From positions 1,056,001-1,120,000 of the forward strand of contig OY775910.1 of the NCBI GenBank assembly GCA_963675245.1: 64,000 nt of DNA, in the 5' to 3' direction. The position numbers were made by a program, and so were the translations under genes. The notes beneath the pieces were generated by a model. The model saw nothing but the letters and a program-made list of their open reading frames with translations, did not search any database and was not told where the DNA came from. Below, in pieces: positions 55,051 to 64,000 of the stretch (positions are counted from its first letter, which is position 1; each line of letters opens with the position of its first letter). The DNA comes from Acholeplasmataceae bacterium (GTDB lineage Bacteria; Bacillota_I; Bacilli_A; Acholeplasmatales; Acholeplasmataceae).

Positions 55051-55154
55051 TTGAAATTAAAATCCTTTTATAGTAAAATGTCTATATGGGAAAAAAGCAG
55101 CTATCAAAGACACAACCATGGATTAGGGACATTGAGGTTCTTAATCCATTTTTT
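55051..55154 (+). promoter_or_regulatory. Promoter followed by a leader terminator (attenuator)
   Basis: TTGAAA-17 bp-TAAAAT; 13-bp stem ATGGATTAGGGAC/GTTCTTAATCCAT + T run upstream of the RBS. Confidence 0.6.
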
Positions 55155-55198
55155 ATTTCATAAACTTGAAGAAAATTTGACAATTTTGGAGGATTAAT

Positions 55199-58100
55199 AT
55201 GAGAAAAATTAAGTGGTTAATCGTAGTGATGGTGACACTACTCATGGTGAGTTGTGGGGAAACTCCCTTGATTATTCGTATTCATTTTGAAACAAACAAT
55301 GGTACGTCAATTCAAACGATGTATTATCAAGAAAAACAAGAAATTGATTTGCCTGATTATTTGACAAAAGAAGGTTATATTTTTTCAGGTTGGTTTATCG
55401 ATGATGACACTTTTCAAACTGAGTTAACGCAGACAAATATTTTAACGTATCAAAAAGATAGAAACATAACCGTATATGCAAAATGGGAAGAACTTGAATA
55501 TACAATTAATTATCATTTAGAGGATGGAATTGAAAATCCAAATCTTACGACTTTCTATTCTGATACATTAGTTGTTGAACTAGAAAATCCTGAAAAAGAA
55601 GGATACTCTTTTTATGGTTGGTATGATAATCCTGAATGTGATGGATATATCACGACACAAATCGTTTTAGGTGAAGAAACAGTCATTGACCTATATCCAA
55701 AATGGGAGATTAATTTTTATTCAATTAATCTTAATACCAATGGTGGAGAAGGTGTACAAAAAATTAGACAAGCCTATCTGTTAGTGGTCAATAGACCAAC
55801 TGATCCAATAAGAGAAGGCTATACCTTTGATACATGGTATGAAGATGAAGCACTTACGGTACCATATATATTTGATGTGATGCAGGCAGAAAGTACAACC
55901 ATATATGCAGGATGGATTGTCAATCAATATACGATATTATTTGAAACCAATGGTTCAACAGAAATAGAAGCTTATGAATGTGAGTATGACCATACGATTG
56001 ATTTACCTGAAGAGCCATTAAGGGAAGGTTATTCGTTTGCTGGGTGGTTTCTTGATCGATCATTTTCAAGACCATTCACATATCAAACAATGCCAGCAAG
56101 AAATTTGATGTTGTATGCGAAATGGGTTATCAATCAATACACGATAAACTTCATTAGTAATGAAGGATCTGAGGTATTGGATATCATCGGAAACTATCAT
56201 AGTTATATCGTAGCACCAACTGATCCTGAAAGAGTAGGTTACACATTTGATGGCTGGTATAGTGATGAATCACTTCTAAATCCATATATCTTTGATGTGA
56301 TGCCAGCTAATGATTTAACACTTTATGCAAAGTGGACGGCTAATTCATATACAATAACATTTGATACTGAAGGCGGAACTCCTATCGTATCAATTACTCA
56401 AGATGTTGATACAACCATTAATGAACCTGATCAACCAACAAAATCCGGTTATACATTTAACGGTTGGTATCTTGATTTAAACGATATAAATGTTTTCACA
56501 TTTGATAAAATGCCAGCAGAAAATCTAACACTATATGCGAAATGGGTAGTAGCACAATATACGGTTTCATATGTAAATGAAAATAATGAAATACGAATAC
56601 TTATAACAGCTGATTATGGTAGTACCATTAACACACCAGACGATCCGGAAAGATTGGGTTATTCATTCGTTGGATGGTGGACTGATGAGACGTTATCCAA
56701 TCCATATACATTTGATATCATGCCAGCTGAAGATGTCATGATATATGCTAGTTGGCAAGTTAAACAGTATACAGTAACTTTCATGGATGGGTATGAAGTC
56801 ATAGCAACCATCACTCAAGATTATGGATCAACTATTAATCAACCTATTCATCCGGTTAAGCCAGGATATCAATTTGAAGGATGGGTGGACAAAGATAATC
56901 AATTATTTGTATTTGGTGTCTTAGAACAAGATGAAACAGTATATACAACGTGGTCATACGAAACATATCATCTTACATATGATTTAGATGGTGGATCGAA
57001 CAATTTAAATCCAACCAGTTACACAATTCTCGATGAAGATATCACATTGTTAGACCCTGTTAAAGATGGTTATCTTTTCGATGGATGGTATTTTGATGAA
57101 TCATTTAATGGTATGCCGATAACTACCATTTCAGTACATACATTATCAGATCTTCAACTGTACGCAAAATGGCGTGGTGGTGCATTTGAATTAACCTATT
57201 ATATCGTAAATGATGATACAGAAGCAGTCAATGATATCTTCTTATATCCTAATGAGCAAATCATTAATGTCTCTCACGGTTTTATGCATACGATTGTACT
57301 AACAAGCAAAGGTCGTATTTTCTCTTTTGGTACCAATGATTATGGACAACTTGGCGATGGTACATATGACTATCATGAGATTCCAATTGATATAACAAAT
57401 CAGTTTTCACTATTAGAAAATGAGTATATTAGTCGAGTAACATCAGGTTTAAATTTCTCGATGGTTTTAACAAATCTAGGACGTGTCTTTTCATGGGGTG
57501 AAAACAGTAATGGCCAATTAGGTACTGGTGATATGGTGAATGTCTTATCGCCATTGGATATCACATCTGCTTTCAATTTAGATGATGGTGATTATATTAC
57601 AGATATAACACTTGGTGCTTTTCATGGGATGGTCATCACCAATCATCATCATGTACTCACGTGGGGTATGAATTTCTATGGTCAATTAGGCAATGGTACC
57701 ATGAATGATCAATTAACACCACTGGATATCACTTCTCATTTCGCATTGAATGAAAATGAGACCATTGATCAAGTGTCTGTTGGATACTTACATTCAGCAG
57801 CGATTACAAGTGACAATAGATTATTTATATGGGGAGATAATGAATTTGGTCAACTAGGCAACAATACTTTAGATAATCAGGTAATACCACTTGATATTTC
57901 AACTGCTTTCACACTACAAGCTAGTGAATCAATTCTCGATATCATATTAGGTGGTGGTAATTCATCTGTTCTTACAAGCTTAGGAACCGTGTATATGTGG
58001 GGATTAAATGAAAATGGCCAATTAGGTACGAATGATACGATGAATCAACTCGCACCTATTAATATCACGTCAACTTTTGGTCTCAATGAAAATGAAATAA

Positions 58101-58597
58101 TTACACACGTTTCCTTAGGTTATGCACATTCATCCGCTTTATCAAGTGAAGGTAGATTATTCATGTGGGGTGATAATAGTTTTGGTCAATTAGGTAATGG
58201 TGACTTTTCACAAAGTTTAGTACCAATAGATATTACGACACAGTTTGTACTATCAGAGAATGATGTCATTGAACAAACAATATCACAATTCTATTTCTCG
58301 ACTGTCATCACGAGTTCTGAACAAATATATGCATGGGGATTAAACCAGTTTGGTTTCACCGGAACAGTTTCTAATGACATGATTGTGATCGTTCCATCAC
58401 CATTTAATAGTCAAGCACTTATTCGATCATTAGTTCGTTACTACGACAGCGGTGAAACAATTAATAACTATATACCTACCTTAGAAGGTTACACTTTCAT
58501 CGGTTGGTATTTAGATAATCAATTAACGATACCTTTTGACATAACGATTATGCCAGATCATGATGTCGTTGCTTATGGTGGTTATATCCCGAATTAA
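55199..58597 (+). CDS. Surface lipoprotein with InlB B-repeats (Listeria-Bacteroides repeats) and RCC1 repeats
   Basis: Lipobox VSC; about 9 GYxFxGWY...LYAKW units; WGxNxxGQLG repeats. Confidence 0.9.
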   Translation: MRKIKWLIVVMVTLLMVSCGETPLIIRIHFETNNGTSIQTMYYQEKQEIDLPDYLTKEGYIFSGWFIDDDTFQTELTQTNILTYQKDRNITVYAKWEELEYTINYHLEDGIENPNLTTFYSDTLVVELENPEKEGYSFYGWYDNPECDGYITTQIVLGEETVIDLYPKWEINFYSINLNTNGGEGVQKIRQAYLLVVNRPTDPIREGYTFDTWYEDEALTVPYIFDVMQAESTTIYAGWIVNQYTILFETNGSTEIEAYECEYDHTIDLPEEPLREGYSFAGWFLDRSFSRPFTYQTMPARNLMLYAKWVINQYTINFISNEGSEVLDIIGNYHSYIVAPTDPERVGYTFDGWYSDESLLNPYIFDVMPANDLTLYAKWTANSYTITFDTEGGTPIVSITQDVDTTINEPDQPTKSGYTFNGWYLDLNDINVFTFDKMPAENLTLYAKWVVAQYTVSYVNENNEIRILITADYGSTINTPDDPERLGYSFVGWWTDETLSNPYTFDIMPAEDVMIYASWQVKQYTVTFMDGYEVIATITQDYGSTINQPIHPVKPGYQFEGWVDKDNQLFVFGVLEQDETVYTTWSYETYHLTYDLDGGSNNLNPTSYTILDEDITLLDPVKDGYLFDGWYFDESFNGMPITTISVHTLSDLQLYAKWRGGAFELTYYIVNDDTEAVNDIFLYPNEQIINVSHGFMHTIVLTSKGRIFSFGTNDYGQLGDGTYDYHEIPIDITNQFSLLENEYISRVTSGLNFSMVLTNLGRVFSWGENSNGQLGTGDMVNVLSPLDITSAFNLDDGDYITDITLGAFHGMVITNHHHVLTWGMNFYGQLGNGTMNDQLTPLDITSHFALNENETIDQVSVGYLHSAAITSDNRLFIWGDNEFGQLGNNTLDNQVIPLDISTAFTLQASESILDIILGGGNSSVLTSLGTVYMWGLNENGQLGTNDTMNQLAPINITSTFGLNENEIITHVSLGYAHSSALSSEGRLFMWGDNSFGQLGNGDFSQSLVPIDITTQFVLSENDVIEQTISQFYFSTVITSSEQIYAWGLNQFGFTGTVSNDMIVIVPSPFNSQALIRSLVRYYDSGETINNYIPTLEGYTFIGWYLDNQLTIPFDITIMPDHDVVAYGGYIPN

Positions 58598-58616
58598 TTA
58601 ACAAATCATTTATTGA

Positions 58617-58655
58617 AAGATGTTGGTCTTATGTTTGATAAGCCAACATCTTTTT
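58617..58655 (+). terminator. Intrinsic terminator
   Basis: AAGATGTTGG...CCAACATCTTTTT. Confidence 0.75.
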
Positions 58656-58744
58656 ATTTGTCACTAATTATCACTATAGAAACACGCGACTCATGATAGA
58701 ATGATGGTAACTAGATTTAATCAACATGTGTAAGGAGATCAATC

Positions 58745-60883
58745 ATGAAATCACGTTATGTTAAAATATGTTTTCTTTTCATTATGATATCGATAATAAC
58801 TACCATGTTATATGCGTGTACTCGTCCTATCACTTTTCAAGTCGATGGTATTTCTTCAATCGCTGTCTCTCATCAAGGATCTTTTTATGTAAATGTCAAT
58901 GATGAGCCACAAGAAACATTTTTAAAGGGTGTTAATTTAGGCGCGACTATTCCTGGATATTTTCCGGGTCATTTAGCCATTTCAAAAGAGACATACCTTC
59001 GTTGGTTTGATCAAATTTATGATATGAACGCGAATGTTATTCGCGTTTATACCACCATGAGACCTATCTTTTATGAAGCACTTCATGAATTTAATGAAGG
59101 AAAGGAACAACCCCTATATGTCTTACAAGGTGTTTGGATTAATGAAGACTATATCAAAAATCTAAATGATGCATACGCAGAAGATGGACAAATTATCGAA
59201 GCGTTTATCTCAGACACGAAAGATTTAATTGATATTTTTCATGGAGATAAAATATTACCTGTAAGACCAGGATTCGCATCTGGTACCTATACAGCAGATA
59301 TTAGTGACTATGTTATCGGTTGGATCTTAGGCTTAGAATGGGGTCCTGATTTTGTCATAGGTACAAACGAAAACAACGCAGGTATGGCACAATTTTCTGG
59401 TGACTATTTATATACAAAAAGAGCAACACCATTTGAAATTTTCTTAGCAGAAGTAGGTGACACTATTCTTCAATATGAAGCCGAAACCTATCAAATGACA
59501 AGACCATTAAGTCTCACCAATTGGTTAACGACTGATATGTTAACACATTCGAATGAACCAGATGAAGATGAAGATAAAGTATCAGTCAACACAGAACACA
59601 TCAAAACGAAGAACACTGCATTTGCTGGCATGTTTGCAAGCTATCATGTGTACCCATATTATCCAGAGTTCATGAACTATGAACCAGAATACTTAGATTG
59701 GATTGATCCTAAAACAGGATCACCCAATCCCTACAAAGCGTATATCAATGATTTAATTGATGCGCATGATATGCCTGTGCTTATTGCTGAATTTGGATTA
59801 CCTTCTTCTAGAGGCGTGACCCACTTAAATCCAGATGGATACAATCAAGGTGGTTTTACAGAAGAAGAACAGGCAGATAGACTCATGTCTTTATTAACAT
59901 CAATTCATGAAACAGACGCGATGGGTGCACTGATCTTCTCATGGCAAGATGAATGGTTTAAACGTACGTGGAATACGATGGACTTTGATCTAGCGTGGCG
60001 AAGACCATACTGGTCTAATGTTGAGACGAATGAACAGTTCTTTGGCTTACTCGCGATGGATCCTGATGCACCAGAAAACATGCATCATGTGGATGGTAAT
60101 TTATCTGATTGGGAAAATATTGATCCCATTAGCGAGACTGATCAACAACAATTATATGTTGATAGTGATGAGAGATATCTTTATATCACATTAAAAGATG
60201 ATGCAATCGATTGGTCCAATCAAACTGTTTATATTCCAATTGACACGATTCCTAATCAAGGAAACAACCATGCCACATCAGAACAACTCACTTATACGAT
60301 CAATGCTGATTTCATGATTATAATCGATGGTGTACATGATAGTCGTATCATGGTTGATGCGTATTATGACGCCACCAACTACTTATATGCAAATGTCTTA
60401 GATATGATCACTGATGCGTTTCATAACATAGCGATCAATTCTGGTATTTACACACCAATTCATCATGTGTTAAATGCTGAATTTACACTACCAGAAACAC
60501 AGAACATCATTCCTTTTAATCAGTATGAAGCTGGTTTGTTAACATATGGTAATTCTCATCCATTAAGTCATGATTATGATTCACTAGCAGACTTTTATTT
60601 TGGTGATTCATTTGTTGAGATTAGAATCCCATGGTTATTACTCAATGTCATGGATCCAAGTACCAAACAAATCATATCTGATTTTCACACATTAAATGAA
60701 GATGTGTTCGTGCCAATGACAGCGACCGGTTTTTATTTTGAAGCACTGATTAAAACCAATCAAGAAACCATCACAATGCCAGTTGGTATGTATGATTGGG
60801 ATGAATGGCATGAAGTCATGTATTATGAAAGATTAAAACAAGCTTATTATGACGTTCAAGAAGCATTCTTATATATGAATTAA
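58745..60883 (+). CDS. Secreted/lipoprotein glycoside hydrolase-like TIM-barrel protein (clan GH-A-like)
   Basis: KGVNLG, NVIRVYT, YHVYPYYP, IAEFGLPSSRG, FSWQDEWFKRTWN; lipobox LYAC. Confidence 0.75.
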   Translation: MKSRYVKICFLFIMISIITTMLYACTRPITFQVDGISSIAVSHQGSFYVNVNDEPQETFLKGVNLGATIPGYFPGHLAISKETYLRWFDQIYDMNANVIRVYTTMRPIFYEALHEFNEGKEQPLYVLQGVWINEDYIKNLNDAYAEDGQIIEAFISDTKDLIDIFHGDKILPVRPGFASGTYTADISDYVIGWILGLEWGPDFVIGTNENNAGMAQFSGDYLYTKRATPFEIFLAEVGDTILQYEAETYQMTRPLSLTNWLTTDMLTHSNEPDEDEDKVSVNTEHIKTKNTAFAGMFASYHVYPYYPEFMNYEPEYLDWIDPKTGSPNPYKAYINDLIDAHDMPVLIAEFGLPSSRGVTHLNPDGYNQGGFTEEEQADRLMSLLTSIHETDAMGALIFSWQDEWFKRTWNTMDFDLAWRRPYWSNVETNEQFFGLLAMDPDAPENMHHVDGNLSDWENIDPISETDQQQLYVDSDERYLYITLKDDAIDWSNQTVYIPIDTIPNQGNNHATSEQLTYTINADFMIIIDGVHDSRIMVDAYYDATNYLYANVLDMITDAFHNIAINSGIYTPIHHVLNAEFTLPETQNIIPFNQYEAGLLTYGNSHPLSHDYDSLADFYFGDSFVEIRIPWLLLNVMDPSTKQIISDFHTLNEDVFVPMTATGFYFEALIKTNQETITMPVGMYDWDEWHEVMYYERLKQAYYDVQEAFLYMN

Positions 60884-61000
60884 CACACTAAAAACATCAC
60901 AAATCAACTTGTGGTGTTTTCTTTTAAGTATTCTACACAAACATATATCTATGATATAATGACAGTAAGAAATGTCTTTGTAATAGGGAAGAGGTGTTTC

Positions 61001-62971
61001 ATGACGATTAAGTCAATTCTCATTGAACCAGAAGTAAAACGCCATGCCTTTCTTCTCATCAATGGGAAAGATTCAGTTTTGATTGATCCAGGTGCGAAGT
61101 ATCATGCAGAAATACTCATACCTGAAATTGAAAAAAATATTGAGATTAAAAATCTCAAATATATCATTTTACAATCAAACGACTATTTAAATATTACATC
61201 TATAGAGTTACTGGTGAAAGCGGGATTTGACGGTAGCATTATTTGTAATGAGACCTCTTTTAGATTTATAGAAGACGCACTTAAACATAAAGTCACTTGT
61301 ATTAGTGATTTAGATAATGAATTACATATTGAAGGTATTAATTTGGCGTTTATAACTGCGCCATTTTTGCCATATCATGAAGGTTTTGTTACCTATGATT
61401 TGGATCATTATGTCATCTTTTCTGGTCATCTTTTCTCTCAAGATAAAGAGATAGATGGTGATACACTTGAGATGATGGTGAATCGGTTCCACGAGCATAC
61501 ATTGCCAAGTATAGAATTCGTAAGATCAGCCATTAAAAAATTAAGAAAATATCGTATTAAAGCGATATACCCAAGACTAGGTCGCAAGATAGAACTTGCT
61601 GAGATCAATGATTTAGTCATTGATGTCATGAAATATGATTTTTATAACACCACGCAAGTCGTTGAACGCGTGAATGCGAAAAATGTGACATACAATTATG
61701 AAATGATTTGTAATCACATGCTTAAAAAATTGACGTCAGTTTATCACAGAAGTGATGTCTTAAATGTGTTTGCTGATTCTAAGATAATGCTCACTTTAGC
61801 ACCTGATATTGAAATAGATGCATCAGAGCTTTCTAGTTATAAACTATATAATTATTTCTTTGAACACATCTTTGAGAAAAAAGGTGTCACGTGGCTTGTT
61901 ATCTTAGAACCAATCGTTAAAAAATATAAACAACTCTATAAAATTAAACGTCCTGTTATATACACAACAGATGCTTATAAACAGCAATCTAAAATTGTAA
62001 AACTCAATGAAACCACTTCTGAATTAACAGAACAGGTTAAAGCGCTACAATTAGAGATTAATGAAACCACCGATAAAATGTTAAGAGATGAGACGACCGA
62101 ATTATATAATGAACGTTTCATGAAAGAATATCTTTATCAAGAGCTTGAAAAAGACATCTCGCCAGCACATGTTCATGTGCTAGCCCTTTTCCATATCGAT
62201 AATTTATTAAGCATTAATAAAAAATATGGCACACCACAAGGTGATGAAACCTTAAGAAGTCTCGCCTATGATTTAAACAACCACAAGTTTGAACGAAGTA
62301 TGCTTTTTAAGCAAAGTGGACCTGGCATATTCGCGTTTATTCCTAATATCAAATTAGATGATGTTCAACAAAACTTATTAACATGCAGAAATAGCATTCA
62401 AGAATCAGATATTTTTGTTGAACCTGTTACCGTTTCTTTAAGTGTCGCTTTATCTAATGAAATTGATTCACGTTTTGATACACGTACTCGCGTATCATCA
62501 CTCATTGAATTAACTTTAAAACGGATGGAACTCGCAAAATCATTAGGTAAGAGCCAAATCATTGATTATACATCAAGTGAGAGAGACTATATTGATGGGA
62601 CAGTTTTGTTAGTAGATGAAGATGAAACATATCAAAACATGATGGTTAAGATTTTTGAACGCATTAATTATAAAGTTATGATCACAAGTGATATCTATGA
62701 AGCCTATGAGAAACTAAAAAATGAACCGATTGATATGATTATTTCGGAAATCAATTTAAGCAAGCTTGATGGTTTCCAATTTAAACATATGATTAATCAG
62801 ACAAAAGATTATAAAGATATACCATTTATTATTGTCAGTCATCATAAAAATTTAGAGGTGGTCACACGCGCTAACTTATTGGATATCGATATGATCCTCC
62901 AAAAACCAATCATTCCTGAAGAATTACTGGGACTCATTAACCGCATGCGTCAATGGAAGAATCGCCTATGA
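61001..62971 (+). CDS. MBL-fold (ODP-like)-coiled coil-GGDEF-like-REC fusion protein
   Basis: VLIDPG; RDETTELYN, INKKYGTPQGDETL; VLLVDED...KP; ATG at 61001 after GAGGTG. Confidence 0.8.
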   Translation: MTIKSILIEPEVKRHAFLLINGKDSVLIDPGAKYHAEILIPEIEKNIEIKNLKYIILQSNDYLNITSIELLVKAGFDGSIICNETSFRFIEDALKHKVTCISDLDNELHIEGINLAFITAPFLPYHEGFVTYDLDHYVIFSGHLFSQDKEIDGDTLEMMVNRFHEHTLPSIEFVRSAIKKLRKYRIKAIYPRLGRKIELAEINDLVIDVMKYDFYNTTQVVERVNAKNVTYNYEMICNHMLKKLTSVYHRSDVLNVFADSKIMLTLAPDIEIDASELSSYKLYNYFFEHIFEKKGVTWLVILEPIVKKYKQLYKIKRPVIYTTDAYKQQSKIVKLNETTSELTEQVKALQLEINETTDKMLRDETTELYNERFMKEYLYQELEKDISPAHVHVLALFHIDNLLSINKKYGTPQGDETLRSLAYDLNNHKFERSMLFKQSGPGIFAFIPNIKLDDVQQNLLTCRNSIQESDIFVEPVTVSLSVALSNEIDSRFDTRTRVSSLIELTLKRMELAKSLGKSQIIDYTSSERDYIDGTVLLVDEDETYQNMMVKIFERINYKVMITSDIYEAYEKLKNEPIDMIISEINLSKLDGFQFKHMINQTKDYKDIPFIIVSHHKNLEVVTRANLLDIDMILQKPIIPEELLGLINRMRQWKNRL

Positions 62972-64000
62972 TTTATGATATTGTAATAGGCATCGCGATA
63001 TCGCTAATTATTATATCTTTGGTTTTAGTGTGTGCCATACTCATTCAAAAAAAGAGACATGATCGACATATCAAAAATGTCGATAAAGCGAGAACCTACT
63101 TAATCAAAAGGTATCTCGATAAAGAAGCTATACCATTAAACGTTTCTAAGCGTTTCTTTTTTAATGCGTTAATTGACGTGGATGAACAAATTCACCTAGA
63201 ACCTGACATCAGAGAAGCGATTGTTAGAGACTTTGAAAACGTTCATTTCATGAGAAAGATGAAACGTCAGATCAATTCAAAGATTGCTTTTAAACGAAAG
63301 ATCGCATTATATTACGTTTCTAAGTTAAGAACAAAAGACGCCTACCAAAGACTCATGAAACGGTTTAGTGTCGAAAAGAATGAAGCCGTTAAATTAAGAA
63401 TTATATATAACATGCGTTATGGGATGAATGAGACGTATTTGATGCAAATCATGGAAAGCTTTGTCGGTGCATCTAACATGTATCAACGAAGACTCGCAAC
63501 GGTGTTAGGATCTAACATTAAACGCATTTATGATATATTTCCTAAATATGCTAAGGATGATCGGTCGGAGATTAGACATGCGCTCATCCGCATGAGTTCC
63601 TTTTTTGCTGATAGTTTCATGACGGCTTATATGTTAGAACACATGAATAATTTATTAAACCAAACATATTTAGACCAGGAACAACAAGACACCTTAGAAA
63701 CGATTCTAAAAAATCTTTTAAAATTCACTCCAGAGTTTTTGAATCATAAAGATTATATTGTTCATCAAAATCCACTCCTTAGAAAATACGCGATCAAAGC
63801 CTATGAGTATAAAACGACGAAAGAAGCGATTGATGAACTGATGGCTAGTTTTGATGTCAGCGAATTAGATGATGTTCGAATTGAAACATTATCACAAATG
63901 GTCTTTAAGGAACAACAACTCTTTGATGATTTACTCAATAAATTTCCAAGATATAATTTATATCAAAAACAACGAACGGCTGTTATTTTCAATGAACGTT
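62968..64000 (+). CDS. N-terminally anchored helical (HEAT-repeat-like) protein, partial at window edge
   Basis: Frame open from ATG 62968 (ATGA overlap) to the window end: MIYDIVIGIAISLIIISLVLVCAILIQKKR...; absent from the ORF track because it is truncated. Confidence 0.7.
   Translation, partial: MIYDIVIGIAISLIIISLVLVCAILIQKKRHDRHIKNVDKARTYLIKRYLDKEAIPLNVSKRFFFNALIDVDEQIHLEPDIREAIVRDFENVHFMRKMKRQINSKIAFKRKIALYYVSKLRTKDAYQRLMKRFSVEKNEAVKLRIIYNMRYGMNETYLMQIMESFVGASNMYQRRLATVLGSNIKRIYDIFPKYAKDDRSEIRHALIRMSSFFADSFMTAYMLEHMNNLLNQTYLDQEQQDTLETILKNLLKFTPEFLNHKDYIVHQNPLLRKYAIKAYEYKTTKEAIDELMASFDVSELDDVRIETLSQMVFKEQQLFDDLLNKFPRYNLYQKQRTAVIFNER

Overview
AT-rich bacterial chromosome segment, most consistent with an Acholeplasmatales-like mollicute/Tenericute (TGA read as stop, Acholeplasma-like rrn layout); the taxonomy is inferred. 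Housekeeping core at 1-33.6 kb: SipW-type signal peptidase, ung, THF riboswitch-folT, trmFO-xerC, dut, rpsB-tsf-pyrH-frr-uppS-cdsA-dxr-rseP, one rRNA operon plus tRNA-Asn, oppBCDFA, membrane PPase, P1B-4 ATPase, udk-mtnN-DJ-1, and a tRNA Glu-Arg-Pro-Gly cluster. Accessory DNA follows. Main finding: directly downstream of the tRNA-Gly CCA lies a tandem array of about 4 gene cassettes (33.6-39.4 kb). They are separated by repeated junction modules (24-bp half-site + CCA + terminator), with 52-bp palindromic att-like sites, tRNA T-arm mimics and helically phased repeats that decay with distance from the tRNA. No dedicated integrase is present in the window, so this is a candidate tRNA-anchored, integron-like cassette-accretion system. 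Other highlights: an apparently circularly permuted OppA; a c-di-GMP-I riboswitch ahead of a SipW-type surface protein with a 1.57-kb internal duplication; a triple-degenerate MBL/ODP-GGDEF-REC protein in a putative polysaccharide locus; and an AAA-ATPase/TOPRIM candidate defence pair.
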